Positions 61,282-64,000 of a stretch of DNA of 64,000 nucleotides are shown piece by piece (positions within the stretch are counted from its first letter, which is position 1; every line of letters starts with the position of its first letter). The DNA is taken from the NCBI GenBank assembly GCA_036382395.1, contig DASVHW010000043.1, positions 7,678 to 71,677 on the forward strand, read 5' to 3'. The stretch is from Candidatus Binatia bacterium (GTDB lineage Bacteria; Desulfobacterota; Binatia; HRBIN30). The notes under the pieces were generated by a model, which was not told the origin of the DNA, made no database searches, and was given only the letters and a program-made list of their open reading frames with translations. Made by a program: the position numbers and the translations under genes.

Positions 61282-61387
61282 GGCTCGGCTTCCGTGCCGT
61301 CGTCGTCCCCCAGGTGTTGCGTACGTCGACGTTGGCAGCTCGGGCGGAGCGCCCGCCGCGTTCACCGGGATCGACTATCCGTTCTAG
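61282..61387 (+). pseudogene. Duplicated 3'-terminal fragment (~106 bp) of the outer-membrane protein gene. Degenerate copy with a 1-bp deletion.
   Basis: 61282..61387 aligns to 59990..60096 with 3 substitutions and 1 indel, including the terminal '...GIDYPF*' codons and the TAG stop. Confidence 0.7.
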
Positions 61388-61389
61388 CC

Positions 61390-61589
61390 GCAATGCCAGT
61401 AACTTAAGCGGCGTCGTGCCAAGATCGCATCCTTCGAGACGGCGCCTGAAGGACGGCGCCTCCTCAGGATGAGCGGATAATCATTGTTGCATCAAGCCAA
61501 TACCGCTCACCCTGAGGCCGCATCTCCTCAGCGGCCGTCTCCTCGAAGGGTGGCGGCCACCTCGGAGGCCCTTAAGTTACTGGCATTGC
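61390..61589. mobile_element. MITE-like 200-bp element with perfect 19-bp terminal inverted repeats (gcaatgccagtaacttaag ... cttaagttactggcattgc) and a nested 15-bp hairpin.
   Basis: Left TIR 61390..61408, right TIR 61571..61589. Inner stem 61452..61466 / 61493..61507 (14/15 match). No ORF inside. Lies between the duplicated gene fragment and the epimerase gene stop. Confidence 0.45.
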
Positions 61590-61601
61590 TCCTAGCCCCC
61601 G

Positions 61602-62699
61602 CTACTCGGTCGGCGGGCGATCTCTCTGGACCTTCGGATCGAAGTATGCGAGCCCGAGCCCCGGCGGCTGCTTGAAGCGGACCTGGCTCAGTCGCTCGAG
61701 GCCGTCCTTGTACAACGCAATCAGTCGGTCCTCCGAATCGTACTCGAACGGGTCCTGCAGGATCCACTCCGTTTCGCCCCCGGGCGGTGGTGGGTTGGCG
61801 ACGTACCAGCGGGCGGTGAGCGCAAGCGCTGCCGGCGGGGAGACCGGATCTCGATATCCAAGCTCGCGCCGGAGCTTGCCGATGTCGAGCACTCGGTGGG
61901 TCGGCAACGGGTGCATGATCATCGGCCACGCGGGGCGCGCCACCTCCCAAGGCATCGACACGATCTCCATCTCGTGGTCGAGGGCGGCGCAGATGCACTC
62001 GACGACCTGCCTGAGGCTCAGCACCTGTTCGTCCCCGGCGTTGTACACCTGCCCGGCCGAAACCGCGGGGTTGTCGAGGGCCAGCAGGACGGCGTGCGCC
62101 ACGTTTCCCGAGTAGCCGAAGGTGCACAGCGTCAGGCCGCCCTCCGGAAGGATTATGTGTCGCCGGCCGTCGATGATGCGGCGAACGATGCACCATTCGC
62201 GCGGCACGAGCTGCCGGGGGCCGTAGACGTACGGGTAGCGGATGTGCGTCGCCTCGGGATGCAGCGCCAGCACCGTCTCCTCCGTCATGCGGATGCGGTA
62301 GCCCTTGCGGTGCTCCTCCTCGCTGGCCACCTTGGGTCCATCCTCGTAGGTCGGCACCGGCATCCCCACCGGCGTGAACCGTCCCGGCTCGAAGTAGCCG
62401 CGATAGCACGGGAAGCCGCCCGCGGAGATCAGGCGGCCCGTTTTGCCGACGAGGAGTTCGGCGATCGCGCGCAGCCGCCCGTAGGTGACGACACTCACAT
62501 CGAACGTGCGACCGGCCAGCGCCTCCCGAACGGCGCCGGGCTCCCAAGGATCCACGTGGATGTGCTCGACCTCGGACGGGATCTCATCGATCTCGTGCAG
62601 GCTCCTGTGCAGCATGGACACGCGGTAGCCGCGCTCGATGAGCCCGCGAATGATGAACGGCCCCGTGGGGCCGGTCCCGCCGACGATGAGAGCCTTCAT
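61602..62699 (-). CDS. NAD-dependent epimerase/dehydratase (extended SDR).
   Basis: 'MKALIVGGTGPTGPFIIRGLIERGYRV' Rossmann motif. Start at the ATG at 62699; the track ORF extends to 62729. Confidence 0.8.
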   Translation of the reverse strand: MKALIVGGTGPTGPFIIRGLIERGYRVSMLHRSLHEIDEIPSEVEHIHVDPWEPGAVREALAGRTFDVSVVTYGRLRAIAELLVGKTGRLISAGGFPCYRGYFEPGRFTPVGMPVPTYEDGPKVASEEEHRKGYRIRMTEETVLALHPEATHIRYPYVYGPRQLVPREWCIVRRIIDGRRHIILPEGGLTLCTFGYSGNVAHAVLLALDNPAVSAGQVYNAGDEQVLSLRQVVECICAALDHEMEIVSMPWEVARPAWPMIMHPLPTHRVLDIGKLRRELGYRDPVSPPAALALTARWYVANPPPPGGETEWILQDPFEYDSEDRLIALYKDGLERLSQVRFKQPPGLGLAYFDPKVQRDRPPTE

Positions 62700-62988
62700 C
62701 GCCCGTGCCCCGTGCCGGCGGCCGAACACGCCGCTTGCACCAACCCAGCGCTCGGCCTTACGCCTGAAAGGCGGAGAACACTCGTCCTCATCGACCTCCC
62801 GCTATCATATGGAGCGTGGAAAAAGCAGACCTCCCGATCTCGCGTGATCGGCCGACAGCGCAATGGGCCTCGGAAGCGCTTGACGCTCAAGGTGTCGCCG
62901 CCAGATCGAAGCGGAGATCCTGCGCAAGTGAGCAAGCGCCTCCGCGGCGTGGGAGTCAGCGAAGCCATAGTATTGCTTAGCTGAGTGC

Positions 62989-64000
62989 TTACGACTTCTT
63001 TAGACAGCTCAGGAATGCTTTCAGCGGCTTGGTGTTGATGACATCCGACTTCTCCGCCCAGCCGCGACGAGCGGTGGCGACGCCGAAGTGGAGGTAGTGG
63101 AGGTGGTTGACGTTGTGGGCGTCGGTGTCGATGACCAGCGGCACGCCGGCCTCAACGGCCTTGCGCACGTGTTCGTCCTTCAGATCGAGCCGGTCCGGAA
63201 AGGCGTCGATCTCCAGCACGGTGCCGGTGCGCTTGGCGGCGGCAATGACCGCATCAATGTCGAGGTCGACGGGCTCGCGCTTGTTCAGGACGCGCCCGGT
63301 CGGATGAAAGAGGATGTCGGCGTGCGGGTTTTCCATGGCGCGGATGACCCGGCGGGTCATTTCCTCGCGCGGCAGGCTGAAGTGGGAGTGCACCGCGACG
63401 CCCACCACGTCGAGCTTGGCCAAGGTCTCATCGGCGATGTCCAGCGTGCCGTCCTTGTTGATGTTGACCTCGGCGCCCTTCAACACCGTGATGCCGTGGA
63501 GCCGCTTGTTGAGCTTGTCGATCGCCGACATTTGCTGCTTGAGCTTCTTCTCGTCTGACCCGCCGGTCATTGCGAGGCTCTTGGTGTGGTCGGTGATGGC
63601 GATGTACTCGAGACCCAACCGCTGCGCTTCCTCGACCATCTCCTCGATCGTGTTCTGCCCGTCGGTCCACGTGGTCTGCGTTTGGAGGTCGCCGCGCAGG
63701 TCGCCGTACGCAACCAGCTTCGGCAGCTTCCCGGCCATGGCCGCTTCGATCTCTCCCGTGTTCTCGCGAATCTCGGGTGGGATGTAGGGCAGGCCCAATA
63801 CCTTGTACACTTCCTCTTCGGTCTTGCCGGCAATCGCCTTGTCGCCGCGGAAAACGCCATACTCGTTCAGCTTCAGCTTTTTCTCGATGGCCAATCGGCG
63901 CAGCGCGACGTTGTGGTCCTTGCTGCCGGTGAAGTAATTCAACGCCGCGCCGAAGCTGTCCTGCGGCACGACCCGCACATCGACATCCATGCCGGTGTGC
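62989..64000 (-). CDS. polX: DNA polymerase X family protein, C-terminal PHP (3'-5' exonuclease/phosphoesterase) domain. Partial: the N-terminal part lies beyond the window edge.
   Basis: 'YIAITDHT', 'HSHFS', 'HADILFHPTGR', 'IDTDAHN' PHP metal-binding motifs preceded by a PolX thumb-like segment. The ORF runs to the window end. Confidence 0.7.
   Translation of the reverse strand, partial: HTGMDVDVRVVPQDSFGAALNYFTGSKDHNVALRRLAIEKKLKLNEYGVFRGDKAIAGKTEEEVYKVLGLPYIPPEIRENTGEIEAAMAGKLPKLVAYGDLRGDLQTQTTWTDGQNTIEEMVEEAQRLGLEYIAITDHTKSLAMTGGSDEKKLKQQMSAIDKLNKRLHGITVLKGAEVNINKDGTLDIADETLAKLDVVGVAVHSHFSLPREEMTRRVIRAMENPHADILFHPTGRVLNKREPVDLDIDAVIAAAKRTGTVLEIDAFPDRLDLKDEHVRKAVEAGVPLVIDTDAHNVNHLHYLHFGVATARRGWAEKSDVINTKPLKAFLSCLKKS

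Noticed and set aside
60686-61387. 233-aa plus-strand ORF ending in '...GIDYPF'
   Set aside because: It runs out of frame through the SDR gene and only gains the OMP-like C-terminus by reading into the duplicated 106-bp fragment. I treat that fragment as a pseudogene remnant, not a gene.

Overview
This is a high-GC (about two-thirds G+C) bacterial chromosomal segment, densely coding with many overlapping start/stop junctions that indicate operons. I found no rRNA, tRNA or CRISPR array by eye. Most long ORFs in the six-frame track that lie antisense to the genes below are GC-driven artefacts.

Content in order:
- Two tandem giant paralogous membrane proteins (179..7609), each a GT-C-type (PMT/ArnT-like) glycosyltransferase domain fused to a near-identical C-terminal NHL-repeat beta-propeller.
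- A biotin-dependent acyl-CoA carboxylase set (7638..11346): carboxyltransferase, biotin carboxylase and a separate BCCP split from the biotin carboxylase by a single in-frame TAG.
- A stand-alone ImmA/IrrE-like metallopeptidase, LarC, and a bioF-bioA-bioD biotin operon.
- A 2Fe-2S ferredoxin plus FNR-like reductase pair.
- Two tandem secreted Cys-containing paralogs of unknown family.
- GNAT, a 1650-aa NAD-specific glutamate dehydrogenase, an MBL-fold hydrolase and a Tyr-phosphatase-like protein.
- An OmpA-family protein, the PitA/DUF47 phosphate transporter pair, and rpoD.
- A complex I cluster carrying only peripheral-arm subunits, in the order nuoB, a short nuoG, nuoI, fused nuoCD and fused nuoEF.
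- Acyl-CoA thioesterase II, an MFS transporter, and a glpD / FAD-linked oxidase / glpK operon.
- The most system-like locus is a co-directional operon at 48.3-55.2 kb. It encodes a HAD phosphatase, a nucleotidyltransferase, an ATP-grasp enzyme, a class-III aminotransferase, a Gfo/Idh/MocA dehydrogenase and an IPCT/DIPPS-like CDP-alcohol phosphotransferase. It abuts hopanoid cyclitol-ether tailoring homologues (HpnL, HpnK, HpnJ) with no HpnI glycosyltransferase in the window.
- An outer-membrane beta-barrel gene whose last ~106 bp are duplicated after an intervening SDR gene, followed by a 200-bp MITE-like element with perfect 19-bp terminal inverted repeats.
- An NAD-dependent epimerase and a partial PolX/PHP gene at the window edge.

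Two copies of a REP-like palindromic intergenic repeat and several palindromes and direct repeats are also noted.
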